Source: Oscillospiraceae bacterium (lineage in GTDB: Bacteria > Bacillota > Clostridia > Oscillospirales > Ruminococcaceae). Taken from it: 64,000 nt of DNA. The stretch spans positions 4,791 to 68,790 of the forward strand of contig JAQVCU010000005.1 of the NCBI GenBank assembly GCA_028689635.1. The letters are read 5' to 3'. The position numbers were made by a program, and so were the translations under genes. Positions 30,911-40,275 of this stretch are shown in pieces. Below the pieces are notes generated by a model, which was not told the DNA's origin, did not search any database, and was given only the letters and a program-made list of their open reading frames with translations. How positions within the stretch are numbered: the stretch's first letter is position 1; the number at the start of each line of letters is the position of its first letter.

Positions 30911-32005
30911 TTATCCTTTTGCGGGGAACACCCGGTACTCGGCGCCGCCCCCGCCGGAAAGGGAATAGAGAACATCGCCGTCGTCTGACACCGCCAGGGG
31001 GCGGACATCGGGGCCGCAGCCGGAGAGCAGAGGCACCACCGCCAGAGTGGAAAAATCCAAACGGCAAAGGCGGTCTCCATCGTTGTAGGCCATGGCAAAC
31101 TCGCCGACCAACGGATCAAAGCCGCCGTTTTCGGAGAGATAATCGAGATCCAGCTCCTTTTTGGCGTCGATGGTATAATCCATCAGCCAGACCGCCGTGG
31201 TGGGGGTCACGCCGTCCGCCTCCGGCAGGAACCAAAAAATCCCATAGCGGGAATTTTCTGAAACGTGGGTGGAATGCCAGGCATAGGTCTCCAGGCTTTT
31301 TAAGGTGTTGCCGCTGCCCAGATTGTTAAGACGGTCTACCAGCAGCACACGGTTGCGCACAGTTTCGGATTCCTGGGTCAGGCGCAGCTTGTTGCCGTTG
31401 TCGCAAAAGGCCACCGAGGTGAAGACGCCGTCGTTTTCCGGGTCTGTGACAAAGGGTTGGGAGAGGATCAAGGTGGGGGCGCTGCCCGTTGAGGGGGTCA
31501 AATAGACGCCGTCGCCGGAGATGTAGGCGACCTCGGAAAAATCCTCCGAAAGGGCGGTTTGGCCCAAAGGGGCGTCGATGCACCAGGGCATGTCCATTTC
31601 CCCGGTTAAGGCAAGCTTAGGATCCAGGGTGAGGATACGGTTTTCGTTCCAAAGGGCGACGCCGCCGGAACCGGCGCGCATCCGGCAGGGGCCGTCCAGC
31701 TCAAAGCTTTCCCGCTGGGTGCATTTGCCGGTTTTCATATCCACCGCTTCCACCGTGACGCCGCTTTCCCCGCCATAGCGGGCAAAATAGCAGCGGTTAC
31801 CCAATGAAACGCCCCAAATGCCCTCCTCCTCCGCGCCGTCAAAGACCGGCGTAAAGGCAAGGGAAAAGGACGGATCCTCCTGTTGGGTAAGGGCCTGGTC
31901 CGGCTCCTCCTCGGGGACGGAGGAGGAAGGGCCCTCCTTTTGGCAGCCGGAAAGCAGCAGGCACAGGCAGACGAGTAAAATCGGAATGCGATGTTTCAAA
32001 ACCAA
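30911..32005 (-). CDS. hypothetical lipoprotein (beta-propeller-like repeats)
   Basis: 364-aa ORF with a TTG start and signal peptide plus lipobox (ILLVCLCLLLSGCQ). I recognise no family. Confidence 0.55.
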   Translation of the reverse strand: MVLKHRIPILLVCLCLLLSGCQKEGPSSSVPEEEPDQALTQQEDPSFSLAFTPVFDGAEEEGIWGVSLGNRCYFARYGGESGVTVEAVDMKTGKCTQRESFELDGPCRMRAGSGGVALWNENRILTLDPKLALTGEMDMPWCIDAPLGQTALSEDFSEVAYISGDGVYLTPSTGSAPTLILSQPFVTDPENDGVFTSVAFCDNGNKLRLTQESETVRNRVLLVDRLNNLGSGNTLKSLETYAWHSTHVSENSRYGIFWFLPEADGVTPTTAVWLMDYTIDAKKELDLDYLSENGGFDPLVGEFAMAYNDGDRLCRLDFSTLAVVPLLSGCGPDVRPLAVSDDGDVLYSLSGGGGAEYRVFPAKG

Positions 32006-32178
32006 AACCCCTTTTCCTCAGGCCTCTTGTGCAAACAAAAGCGGCCCGTAAGCCATCCCGCCGGTAAAATGATCCTTGCCCAGGGCGAGGGACAGCATGA
32101 AAATAATGATATCACAACGATAATATAGGTATTATACCATTATTTGAGAGGAAGAAAAAGGAATTTTGAAGGAAAAGA

Positions 32179-32487
32179 TCAAAAGAGAAAAGGCCCGCGG
32201 GAGGAGGCCTCGGGGGTCTTTTCCTCCGTCAAAGGCCGCAGCAGCCAGACAGCCCCCTGCAGGGCCAGGCGCCAGGGGGCGGGCAAGGCCCAACCCCAGC
32301 GGGAGAAGGCCGCCTCCCCGGCGTTTTGCAAAACCCTGGGGGCAAGACGGGGCGCGCCAGGGCCGTAAACGGCGGCGGCACCGGTGCGGCAGTTTACGAC
32401 GGTCAGCCCCAGGGCCAAAGTGAGGACGAGCAGGGCGCAAAGGAAGGAAAGGCCAAAGGCCCGCAGCTGTCGTTTCATGGTCATCAT
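32179..32487 (-). CDS. small membrane protein, YqxA-like by position
   Basis: 102-aa ORF with an N-terminal TM (FGLSFLCALLVLTLALGLTVV). It starts 7 nt after the spoIIP stop. B. subtilis has the about 110-aa yqxA in the same slot (gpr-spoIIP-yqxA-lepA). The call rests on synteny and size only. Confidence 0.45.
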   Translation of the reverse strand: MMTMKRQLRAFGLSFLCALLVLTLALGLTVVNCRTGAAAVYGPGAPRLAPRVLQNAGEAAFSRWGWALPAPWRLALQGAVWLLRPLTEEKTPEASSRGPFLF

Positions 32488-32493
32488 CTCCTT

Positions 32494-33636
32494 TTATTCC
32501 CCGGCCAGGGCCGCGGCCAGGGCCTGGCCCAGCAGCCCGGCGGAATAGGAAGCTTCGTCGAGGGTGTTGCCGTGGGCGCCTACCTCGATGAGCAGGGCGC
32601 CGGGGGAAAGATCCATATTGTATTTGCGGTAGCAGAAAAAGAGGGGCCGCATCAGGCCCGGATACATCCCCTCCGCCGTGCTCTGCAGCGCCGCGGCAAA
32701 ACGCAGGTTGTCGCCCCAGCCCGGCATATCCATGGTGCCGTCGTCGCAGCCGGATATGATCATGACCTGGGCCGCCTTGCGCCCCCCGATCCAGGCCGTG
32801 GGCTTGATGAGGTTTCCCGCCGGGGATTCGATGGCGTCCCGGTGAAGATCCAGCACCACCTTAAGGGAGGGGTAGCGGGATAGATAATCGGAAACGGTGG
32901 CGGCGCTGCGCTGGTAGGAGCCGTTGTAGGAAGGGTAATCGTGCTGGGTGACGTCATGGATCACACGGATCCCCGCCTTTTCCAGCTCCGCTGCCAAAAA
33001 ATCGCCTACGGCCGCCATGTTACAGCGGTTATCCGTGGAGCGCCAGGTGTAGGAGGTATCGCAAAAATCCCGGTCATAGGGCTCGTAGCTTTCCGTGGCG
33101 TGAGTGTGGAAGATCAACACCTGGGGCTGGCGGGTGTCCTCCCAACAAAGGGCCAGAGGCTGTTCCAACTCGGCGCGGACAGCCTGCGGGGAGAGCTCGG
33201 TAAAGTTTTTGAGGAATCCGTTTTCCAGGGGGAGATACAACGCCCCCTCTCCGCCGGTAAATTGCTGTTCTGTAATGGTCCCTCGGTTTTCCGGGGCAAT
33301 GGTCTCGATGGGCGGGCCGGAATCCGTCTTTTCGCCTGTGGCCCCCGCAAAGGGCAGGGGGCTTTCGCCCGTCCCCACGGGGGGCAGAGGGGTCACGGAG
33401 GGGCCGGCGCTTTCCCCGGGATCCTCTGCGTCCTCCGGGAGGGCCTGCGGCAAAAAGCGTTTTTGCAGCAGGGAGAAAGTCCCCTCCGGCATGGAAAAAG
33501 CCAGAGAGGCCACGCCTGCCCGGCGCAGGCTGTTGGGGAGGGCGGGCAGAAGGCCGGCGGCTGCGCCGAGGATCGCCGCCGCTGCAAGGCAGAGGGAAAA
33601 CCGGCGCAGGCGCAGGCTCCGGCGTTTGACGGACAT
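32494..33636 (-). CDS. spoIIP: stage II sporulation protein P
   Basis: The ORF in the track is 32494..33657. The likely start is the ATG at 33636 (MSVKRRSLRL), after AAGGAGGG. It has an N-terminal TM and the SpoIIP amidase-like core (VLIFHTHATESY..., LDLHRDA). It lies downstream of gpr. Confidence 0.88.
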   Translation of the reverse strand: MSVKRRSLRLRRFSLCLAAAAILGAAAGLLPALPNSLRRAGVASLAFSMPEGTFSLLQKRFLPQALPEDAEDPGESAGPSVTPLPPVGTGESPLPFAGATGEKTDSGPPIETIAPENRGTITEQQFTGGEGALYLPLENGFLKNFTELSPQAVRAELEQPLALCWEDTRQPQVLIFHTHATESYEPYDRDFCDTSYTWRSTDNRCNMAAVGDFLAAELEKAGIRVIHDVTQHDYPSYNGSYQRSAATVSDYLSRYPSLKVVLDLHRDAIESPAGNLIKPTAWIGGRKAAQVMIISGCDDGTMDMPGWGDNLRFAAALQSTAEGMYPGLMRPLFFCYRKYNMDLSPGALLIEVGAHGNTLDEASYSAGLLGQALAAALAGE

Positions 33637-33754
33637 GGCTTCCCTCCTTTTTCCCAAAAATGCAAAGGCCGCCCAAAGGGCTGTCCGCCCAAAAGGGAAC
33701 GGCGGCCGCTCTTTTTTATCTTATTCGCGGGAAAAGGGGAATATGCAAAAAGGG

Positions 33755-34642
33755 TCAGCTGATCAGGAAGTGGATGTCTTCGGGGGAAAGCTCCGGCTGA
33801 AGGGCGCGGTTGACGCCCATGGCGACGACCCCGGCAGCCCGGGCCACCAGCTGGTCGATGTCCCGAGGGGTGACCATCATCTCCCGGCCCTGGGGGGAGA
33901 CGGACTGCAGGCATTGGGGAGGCGGATCCTGCCCCTCCAACAGATCGAGGCACAGGGTGAGGCCGTCCACCACGGTGGGGACGCCAATGGAGAGCACCGG
34001 GACGCCCAGGGTCTGGCGGCTGAGCTCCCGGCGGCGGTTCTGCACGCCGGAACCCGGAGAAATGCCGGAATCGGAGAGCTGAATGGTGTTTCCCAGGCGG
34101 AAAAGGCTGCGGGCGGCCAGAGCGTCAATAATAATTGCGCCGGAGGGCTTTATTTTTTGGCATAAAGATGCTATAATTTCACTTGTCTCAATTCCGGTTT
34201 GCCCCAATACCCCGGGCGCGATGGCCGCCACCGGCCGCAGAGAGGAAAGCCCCGCCGCTTCGGCGGCCTTCCCCGTCATGTGGCGCGTGGCCAGGATCTG
34301 TCCGGCGGCAAGGGGGCCCAATGCGTCGGGTGTAATATCGGCGTTGCCAAGCCCGGCCACCAGGATCAACCCATCCCGGTGGCCCAGCAGCGACGCGATC
34401 TCCCCGGCTAAAATTTCAGCTTCCTCGTCCGCCGGGGTGACGGAGGAGGAAAACGGAGCAGCCTCTATGGTGATGTAAGCTCCCTGCGGTTTCCCCATGG
34501 CGCGCGCCGCCGCTTCGCTGGTGATGCGGGTCCGCTCGATGCGGATATCCCCGTCCCGCTGTACGGTGGTCTCTATGCCGTTTGGCAGCTCGCTTTTGTG
34601 GATCTCCGCCAGCTCCACCGCCAGATCCGTTCTGAAATTCAT
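33755..34642 (-). CDS. gpr: GPR endopeptidase (germination protease)
   Basis: 295-aa ORF starting MNFRTDLAVELAE, the typical Gpr N-terminus. It is divergent from rpsT, as in Bacillus. Confidence 0.88.
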   Translation of the reverse strand: MNFRTDLAVELAEIHKSELPNGIETTVQRDGDIRIERTRITSEAAARAMGKPQGAYITIEAAPFSSSVTPADEEAEILAGEIASLLGHRDGLILVAGLGNADITPDALGPLAAGQILATRHMTGKAAEAAGLSSLRPVAAIAPGVLGQTGIETSEIIASLCQKIKPSGAIIIDALAARSLFRLGNTIQLSDSGISPGSGVQNRRRELSRQTLGVPVLSIGVPTVVDGLTLCLDLLEGQDPPPQCLQSVSPQGREMMVTPRDIDQLVARAAGVVAMGVNRALQPELSPEDIHFLIS

Positions 34643-34761
34643 TGTTTCACCTCAAAAATCAGGAAAATTTATTTTTGGCAAGTTTTTTATGCATAAACAG
34701 TTGCTTTTTCGGCAATTAAATGCTATTATAACTTGTAATGTCGAGACGAGGGGGTGTCAAA

Positions 34762-35022
34762 ATGGCAAACATCAAATCCGCAAAGAAGAGAGTTAAGGTC
34801 ATCGCGGCCAAAACTGCTCAGAATAAGACTGTAAAAACCAACCTGAAGACCGTGATCAAACAGGCTGATTCCGCTATCGAAGCGAAAGCGGCTGATCGCA
34901 ACGAGACGGTCAAGGCGGCGATCAAGAAGATCGACCAGGCCTGCGCCAAGGGTCTTCTGAAAAAGAACACCGCTTCCAGAAAGAAATCCCGTCTGGCTCG
35001 CAGCCTCAACAAGGCTGTCTGA
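34762..35022 (+). CDS. rpsT: 30S ribosomal protein S20
   Basis: The ORF in the track is 34738..35022. The start is taken at the ATG at 34762 (MANIKSAKKRVKVIAAKTAQNK). Confidence 0.95.
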   Translation: MANIKSAKKRVKVIAAKTAQNKTVKTNLKTVIKQADSAIEAKAADRNETVKAAIKKIDQACAKGLLKKNTASRKKSRLARSLNKAV

Positions 35023-35048
35023 CCATTTTGTGGTTTTGCTTTCCACTG

Positions 35049-35085
35049 GCAGGCCGGCGCTGTGGCGCGGGCCTGCTGTTTTTTT
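35049..35085 (+). terminator. rho-independent terminator after rpsT
   Basis: GCAGGCCGGCGC-TGTG-GCGCGGGCCTGC followed by TGTTTTTTT. Confidence 0.8.
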
Positions 35086-35247
35086 GCGCAAAAGGTTATA
35101 AAAACAGCGGAACTACCATTTTTTCGAAACTTTTCCCCCGGCGGCTTGACGAAACCCACAAAAACCGCTATGATAAAAAAGAGGGATCCCGCGCCGAAGG
35201 CAAAAGAGGGACAAAGCGGCGGCTGGGCCCGCAGGGAGGATAATAAT

Positions 35248-35397
35248 ATGGACGGCAAAAAAACGAAGGGCATTCTGGCAGTAGTGGTTCCTGTGCTGGT
35301 ATTGGCGATTTCCGCGGCTTACCTTGTCTACCGGCTGCTCAATGAAAAAGCCTATCAGGAAAAATGGAAAGATTACCACGATTGTGGATTGGCCTAA
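35248..35397 (+). CDS. small single-pass membrane protein (49 aa), function unknown
   Basis: The ATG at 35248 follows GGGAGGA. The product is MDGKKTKGILAVVVPVLVLAISAAYLVYRLLNEKAYQEKWKDYHDCGLA. A strong terminator follows at 35408..35434. Confidence 0.5.
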   Translation: MDGKKTKGILAVVVPVLVLAISAAYLVYRLLNEKAYQEKWKDYHDCGLA

Positions 35398-35407
35398 AAA
35401 ACCTTGA

Positions 35408-35434
35408 AAGGCCGCCTGCGGGCGGCCTTTTTTT
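35408..35434 (+). terminator. rho-independent terminator
   Basis: AAGGCCGCC-TGCG-GGCGGCCTT followed by TTTTT. Confidence 0.8.
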
Positions 35435-35499
35435 GCGCGCTTTTTTATGAGAAGGCGCCGGATAAAAGGGAAATCCCTTCCCGGGACGGCCCCGGAAAA

Positions 35500-35874
35500 T
35501 CAGCTTTTGCCGCCGGGTTTAAAAAAGATCGCCACCAAAAGGGCGGAGAGGATAGCGGCGGAGACCCCGGCGGCGCAGGCGGTGAAACCGCCGCTTAATA
35601 CCCCCAGGATGCCGTCTGTCATCACAGCCTCCCGCACGCCTTTGGCCAGCAGATGCCCAAAGCCGGAGAGGGGGACGGTGGCTCCGGCCCCGGCAAAATC
35701 CACCAGGGGCTGATAAAGGCCCACGGCGGAGAGCAGGACCCCCGCCACCACATATCCGGTGAGGATGCGGGCCGGGGTGAGCTTCGTTTTGTCGATGAGG
35801 ATCTGTCCGGCGGCGCAGATCACGCCGCCCACCAAAAAGGCCTTGCAGAGGGACCAAAACAATTCCAAGATCAA
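35500..35874 (-). CDS. spoVAE: stage V sporulation protein AE (SpoVAEB-type)
   Basis: This is the C-terminal part of track ORF 35500..36057. The likely TTG start at 35874 overlaps the spoVAD stop (ATTGA) after AAGGAGG. The sequence is ...KAFLVGGVICAAGQILIDKTKLTPARILTGYVVAGVLLSAVGLYQPLVDFAGAGATVPLSGFGH. Confidence 0.8.
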   Translation of the reverse strand: MILELFWSLCKAFLVGGVICAAGQILIDKTKLTPARILTGYVVAGVLLSAVGLYQPLVDFAGAGATVPLSGFGHLLAKGVREAVMTDGILGVLSGGFTACAAGVSAAILSALLVAIFFKPGGKS

Positions 35875-36899
35875 TCGCCTCCTTTCCGGCCGGAGGAGAG
35901 ATGGACAAGATGGGCGATGGAGGGGATGCTCTCCCCTTGCAGGTTGGAAGTCGGGCTCATAAGGGCGCCAGTGGAGAGGAACAAAACTTCGTTTAGCCGC
36001 CCGTCCCGCAGGCGGGGCAGGATATGGGCGCACAGCACGCTGGCGCTGCAGCCGCACCCGGATCCCCCCGCGTGGACGTCCTGCTTTTCCCGGTCGTAGA
36101 TCAGCAGGCCGCAGTCCTGGTGGCGGAAGGCGATGTCGATGCCCTCCCGGCCCAAAAGCTCAAGAAGCAGCTCGGAGCCGATCTGTCCCAGATCCCCGGT
36201 GAAAATGGCGTCGTACCCCTCCGGCCCGGTGCCGGTATCTTCAAAAAAGCGGTGCAGGGTATCCGCCGCGGCAGGGGCCATGGCGGCCCCCATGTTGTTG
36301 ATGTCTTTGATGCCGTAATCCAAAATGACCCCGGGGCAGACCTGCGCGACGCAGGGCTGGGGCGGGCAGAGGGAGGAGACCACCGCCGCCCCGGCTCCGG
36401 TAACAGTCCACTGGGCGCTGGGCGGGCGCTGGCCGCCGTAATCCAGCGGAAAGCGGAACTGCCGCTCTGCGGAGCAAAAGTGGGAGGAGGTGGCGGCCAG
36501 GCATTGCCGCGCCGCGCCGGAATCCACAAAAAAGGCGGCCAGCAGCAAAGATTCCGCCATGGTGGAACAGGCGCCGTAAAGCCCGATATAAGGGACAGCC
36601 ATGCCCCGCATGCCATAGGCGGAGCCGATGCACTGGTTCAGCAGATCCCCGGCGAAGATCAGATCCAGCTCCTGGGGGGAAAGGCCGCCTTTGGCCAGGG
36701 CCAGATCGACGCATTCCCGCTGCAAATAGCTTTCCGCCTGCTCCCAGGTGGGCTGCCCAAAGGCGGCGTCCGGGCACAGCTGGTCGAACTCCTGGGCCAG
36801 CGGGCCCTCCGATTCCTTTTTGGACCCCACGGCGGCGAAGGACAGGATGCCGGGCCGGCTGTCCAGGCGCAGGGTGCGGCTGCCGATTTTTGTGGCCAA
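35871..36899 (-). CDS. spoVAD: stage V sporulation protein AD
   Basis: 342-aa ORF with a TTG start 7 nt after AAGGAGG. It has a thiolase-like fold typical of SpoVAD (…FAAVGSKKESEGPLAQEFD…GLYGACSTMAESL…). Confidence 0.88.
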   Translation of the reverse strand: MATKIGSRTLRLDSRPGILSFAAVGSKKESEGPLAQEFDQLCPDAAFGQPTWEQAESYLQRECVDLALAKGGLSPQELDLIFAGDLLNQCIGSAYGMRGMAVPYIGLYGACSTMAESLLLAAFFVDSGAARQCLAATSSHFCSAERQFRFPLDYGGQRPPSAQWTVTGAGAAVVSSLCPPQPCVAQVCPGVILDYGIKDINNMGAAMAPAAADTLHRFFEDTGTGPEGYDAIFTGDLGQIGSELLLELLGREGIDIAFRHQDCGLLIYDREKQDVHAGGSGCGCSASVLCAHILPRLRDGRLNEVLFLSTGALMSPTSNLQGESIPSIAHLVHLSSGRKGGD

Positions 36900-37128
36900 T
36901 CAAAAGCCTCCTTTTAAGAAGCGGCGGATGATCCGCCGTTTCCGGTCGATTCGGCCTTATTGTTTGAAAAACGGTGCGGTTTATGCATGGAGAGCGCTTT
37001 GAAACAACAAAGCGGCGCATTTTTGCAAGGCCCTTGCCTTGGCAAGGCCCCTGATGTATAATAAACCGCAACAAAGCGCGCTGTGGCGCCTGCCGAACCG
37101 GCGCGCTGAGGGGAAAGAGGAAATTTTC

Positions 37129-38106
37129 ATGAAAATTTTAGATCGATTCAACCGTTTTGCGGGAAAGTGGATGCCGCTGCTGACCCCCGCCTGCCTGCTT
37201 TTGGGGGTGCTGTTTCCGAATTTTACCGGCATGGGGATCCCGCTGGTGCCCTATGTGTTCGCGGTGATGACCTTTATCGGCGCCCTCAGTTCCATCTTCC
37301 GGGACGTCAAAAACGTGTTCCGCCATCCCGGGGCTCTGCTGCTGACTATGGCGGTGCTCCATGTGGCGTTGCCTCTGATGAGCCTGGGGATGGGAAAGCT
37401 GTTTTTTTCCTCCAACCCCAACCTGATCACCGGCATGGTGCTGGAATTTGTGGTGCCCTCGGCGGTAGTGGCCGTGATGTGGACGACCATGGGCGAAGGC
37501 AATGTCCCCCTGGCCCTTTCGGTGCTGGTGGTGGATACCTTTGTCACGCCTTTTCTCCTGCCCCTGACTCTAAACCTTTTGCTCGGCTCCGGCGGGCAGA
37601 TGGACGCCGGGGCTATGATCCGCCAGCTGATCTTTATGGTGGCCCTTCCGGCGCTGGCCGCCATGACGCTGAACTTTGCGACCCACAACAGGACAAAAGA
37701 GACCTTGCCCAAAAAACTGGCCCCCTTTTCCAAACTGGCCGTCATGTTTGTCGTGGCCAGCAATTCTTCCAAAGTGGCGCCTTATGTACGCAATTTTACC
37801 TGGCAGCTGTTGGCGGTAACGGCGGCGATTTTTGTCCTTGCGGCGGCGGGCTATGCCCTGGGCTGGCTGGCAGGGCGCGTTTCCCGGCAGAATAGCGGGA
37901 CCATCGCGGCCATGACCTTCGGCGCGGGGATGCGCAACATCAGCGCCGGGGCGGTGTTGGCCGCCGCCTATTTCCCGGCGGAGGTCATGTTCCCCGTAAT
38001 GATCGGGACCCTGTTCCAGCAGATTTTGGCGGCGTGCTACAGCGCGCTGCTTAAAAAGTTCCAGCCGCGGGAGACGGCCGCCCAAGAGGGCGCGCAAAGC
38101 GCTTAG
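37129..38106 (+). CDS. bile acid:sodium symporter (BASS/SBF) family transporter
   Basis: The ORF in the track is 37039..38106. The likely start is the ATG at 37129 (MKILDRFNRFAGKWMPLLTP). It is a polytopic protein of about 325 aa with the SBF-like core. Confidence 0.7.
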   Translation: MKILDRFNRFAGKWMPLLTPACLLLGVLFPNFTGMGIPLVPYVFAVMTFIGALSSIFRDVKNVFRHPGALLLTMAVLHVALPLMSLGMGKLFFSSNPNLITGMVLEFVVPSAVVAVMWTTMGEGNVPLALSVLVVDTFVTPFLLPLTLNLLLGSGGQMDAGAMIRQLIFMVALPALAAMTLNFATHNRTKETLPKKLAPFSKLAVMFVVASNSSKVAPYVRNFTWQLLAVTAAIFVLAAAGYALGWLAGRVSRQNSGTIAAMTFGAGMRNISAGAVLAAAYFPAEVMFPVMIGTLFQQILAACYSALLKKFQPRETAAQEGAQSA

Positions 38107-38135
38107 ATCCCTGCGGATGGGGCAGAAAACAAAAA

Positions 38136-38180
38136 ACGGAGCGGGCCGCGCATTTTTTGCGCGGCCCGCTCCGTTTTTTT
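38136..38180. terminator. bidirectional rho-independent terminator
   Basis: AAAAAACGGAGCGGGCCGCGCA-TTTTT-TGCGCGGCCCGCTCCGTTTTTTT lies between convergent genes. Confidence 0.85.
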
Positions 38181-38198
38181 GCGATGGGATAAAATCCA

Positions 38199-39425
38199 TC
38201 AGATCACCTGGAAAAGGAAAAACTTCAGATAATCGGTTTCCGGCACATTCCAGAGGATGGGATGATCCGGGGCCTGCTGCCGGGCTTCGATCTGCCGCAG
38301 CTCCCTCCCGGCGTCCCGGGCGGCGGCGGAGAGCATGTTGACGAACAATTCCGGCGTCATAAAGTGAGAGCAGGAGCAGGTGGCCAGATATCCGCCCCGG
38401 GGCAGAAGCTTCATGGCGCGGTAGTTGATCTCTTTATAGCCGCGGGTGGCGCTGTCCACCGTCTTGCGGGATTTGGTAAAGGCGGGGGGATCCAGAATGA
38501 TAAAATCGTAAGGGGAAGAACCCTCCCGCTCCAGGCGCGGAAGCAGGTCGAAAACATTTTCCGCCAAAAAATCCATGGAGCCCTCCAGGCCGTTGCGGCG
38601 GGCGTTTTGCCGGGCCAGCTCCACGGCGCTTTCCGAGATATCCACCGCCGTTACCCGCTCGGCGCCGCCTTTCGCGGCATTGAGGGCGAAGGAACCGGTA
38701 TGGGTAAAACAGTCCAGCACCCGCCGGCCCCGGGCCAGGCGGGAGACGGCCAGACGGTTGTATTTCTGATCGAGGAAAAAGCCGGTCTTTTGCCCGTTTT
38801 CAAAATCCACCAGGTAGTCGATGCCGTTTTCGGCGATGACCGTCTCGGTGGAGCCGGGCGTCTCCTGGCCGGGAAGCGGGAACCAGCCTTTGTTTTGGGC
38901 AAGGCCCTCCAGCTCTCGGATGGCCACGTCGTTGCGCTCGTAAATGCCGCGGATGGGCTGGCCGTCCTCCGAGATCACCTTTGCCAGCAGGGGAAAGAGG
39001 ACGGGTTTGACGGTTTCCATGCCCAGGGAAAGGGTCTGGGTGACCAGGATATCGCCAAAACGATCCACCGTGAGGCCGGGGAACTGATCCGCCTCGCCGA
39101 AGATCACCCGGCAGGCGTGAAGATCTCCGCCCATGACGGCCTTGCGGTAATCCCAGGCGTAGCGGACGCGCCGCTCCCAAAAGGCTTCGTCAAAGCGGTC
39201 GTTGGCGCTGCGGGAGATCAGGCGGACGCGGATCTTAGAGCGCTGGCTTAAAAAGCCGGTGCCCAGATATTTCCCTTTGACGGTCACCACATCCAGCAGG
39301 CCGCCGTTTTCCGGTTCGCCGGAGAGGGCTTTGATCTCTGTATCGTAGACCCAGGGGTGGCCGGACTCGATGGAACGTTCCCCTTTGGGGGAGACGACGG
39401 CCTGGGGGTATTGACGCTGTTTCAT
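38199..39425 (-). CDS. rlmI: class I SAM-dependent rRNA (cytosine-C5) methyltransferase, RlmI-like (PUA + MTase)
   Basis: The ORF in the track is 38199..39461. The likely start is the ATG at 39425 (MKQRQYPQAVVSPKGERSIESGHPWVY). SAM-binding motifs VLDCFTHTGSFALNAA and ILDPPAF are present. Confidence 0.8.
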   Translation of the reverse strand: MKQRQYPQAVVSPKGERSIESGHPWVYDTEIKALSGEPENGGLLDVVTVKGKYLGTGFLSQRSKIRVRLISRSANDRFDEAFWERRVRYAWDYRKAVMGGDLHACRVIFGEADQFPGLTVDRFGDILVTQTLSLGMETVKPVLFPLLAKVISEDGQPIRGIYERNDVAIRELEGLAQNKGWFPLPGQETPGSTETVIAENGIDYLVDFENGQKTGFFLDQKYNRLAVSRLARGRRVLDCFTHTGSFALNAAKGGAERVTAVDISESAVELARQNARRNGLEGSMDFLAENVFDLLPRLEREGSSPYDFIILDPPAFTKSRKTVDSATRGYKEINYRAMKLLPRGGYLATCSCSHFMTPELFVNMLSAAARDAGRELRQIEARQQAPDHPILWNVPETDYLKFFLFQVI

Positions 39426-39473
39426 AGAAGGCTCCTTTTCCCCGGCGCAGGGCCGGGCCAATGTTTGTGGGGC

Positions 39474-40271
39474 TCAGGGCCTGTCCGCCGCGCCGGGGCC
39501 GGGCAGGCGGTCCAACAGGGGGATGCCCAGGCTGCGGAGAAACCCTTCGCCCTCCAGACGGAAACGGTCATCCTCCAGCCAGCGGTTGTCGTGGGCGTCC
39601 ACGCCGATGATGGCGGTGCAGCCCTCCTCGGCGGCGATTTCCCAAAACCGGTGGTGAGGGTATCCCTCCCGGCCGCTGCGCAGGTTTACCATGGCGCCGG
39701 CCAGGTTGTATTCCAGAGGAAAGGAGCGGCGGCGAGCCTCCCGGCACAGCTCCCGGCTGACTTCGGTGCAGTAGCCGTCGTACTCCCGGTAGCCGCGCAT
39801 AAACAGATCCGGATGGGCGAAATAGGCATATAGGCCGGTCTCCATGGCGGCGAGGGAGCTTTCCAGATACTCCGAGAGCCAGCGGTGGTCGTTGGAAGCG
39901 CCAAACCACCGGCCGTCCTCTTCATTGAGATAAAAATGATTGCCAAAAAGCAGATACTCGATGCCGTTTTCCGCCTTCAGCTGCCGCAGCCAGTCGATAT
40001 AGCGGGGAAAGTATTCACATTCCAGCCCCAGGCGGATATGGATGCGCCCGCGGTATTTTTCCTGCAGGGCGCGCACGCTTTTCAAGTATCCGGGCAGCTG
40101 CGCCAGGGACATGCGCATGTCCGATTCAAAGCGTTTTCCGTAGGGCCAGGGGCAGTGGTCGGAAAACCCCAGCTCGCCGTACCCTCCGGCGATGGCGCTT
40201 TTTACATAATCCTCGTCGCTGCCAAAAGCGTGCTGGCAGCGGGCGGTGTGGGTGTGATAATTGGCTTTCAT
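39474..40271 (-). CDS. histidinol-phosphatase HisJ-family / PHP-domain phosphoesterase
   Basis: The ORF in the track is 39474..40406. The likely start is the ATG at 40271 (MKANYHTHTARCQHA), the classical PHP N-terminal HxH motif. Confidence 0.8.
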   Translation of the reverse strand: MKANYHTHTARCQHAFGSDEDYVKSAIAGGYGELGFSDHCPWPYGKRFESDMRMSLAQLPGYLKSVRALQEKYRGRIHIRLGLECEYFPRYIDWLRQLKAENGIEYLLFGNHFYLNEEDGRWFGASNDHRWLSEYLESSLAAMETGLYAYFAHPDLFMRGYREYDGYCTEVSRELCREARRRSFPLEYNLAGAMVNLRSGREGYPHHRFWEIAAEEGCTAIIGVDAHDNRWLEDDRFRLEGEGFLRSLGIPLLDRLPGPGAADRP

Positions 40272-40275
40272 CGGG

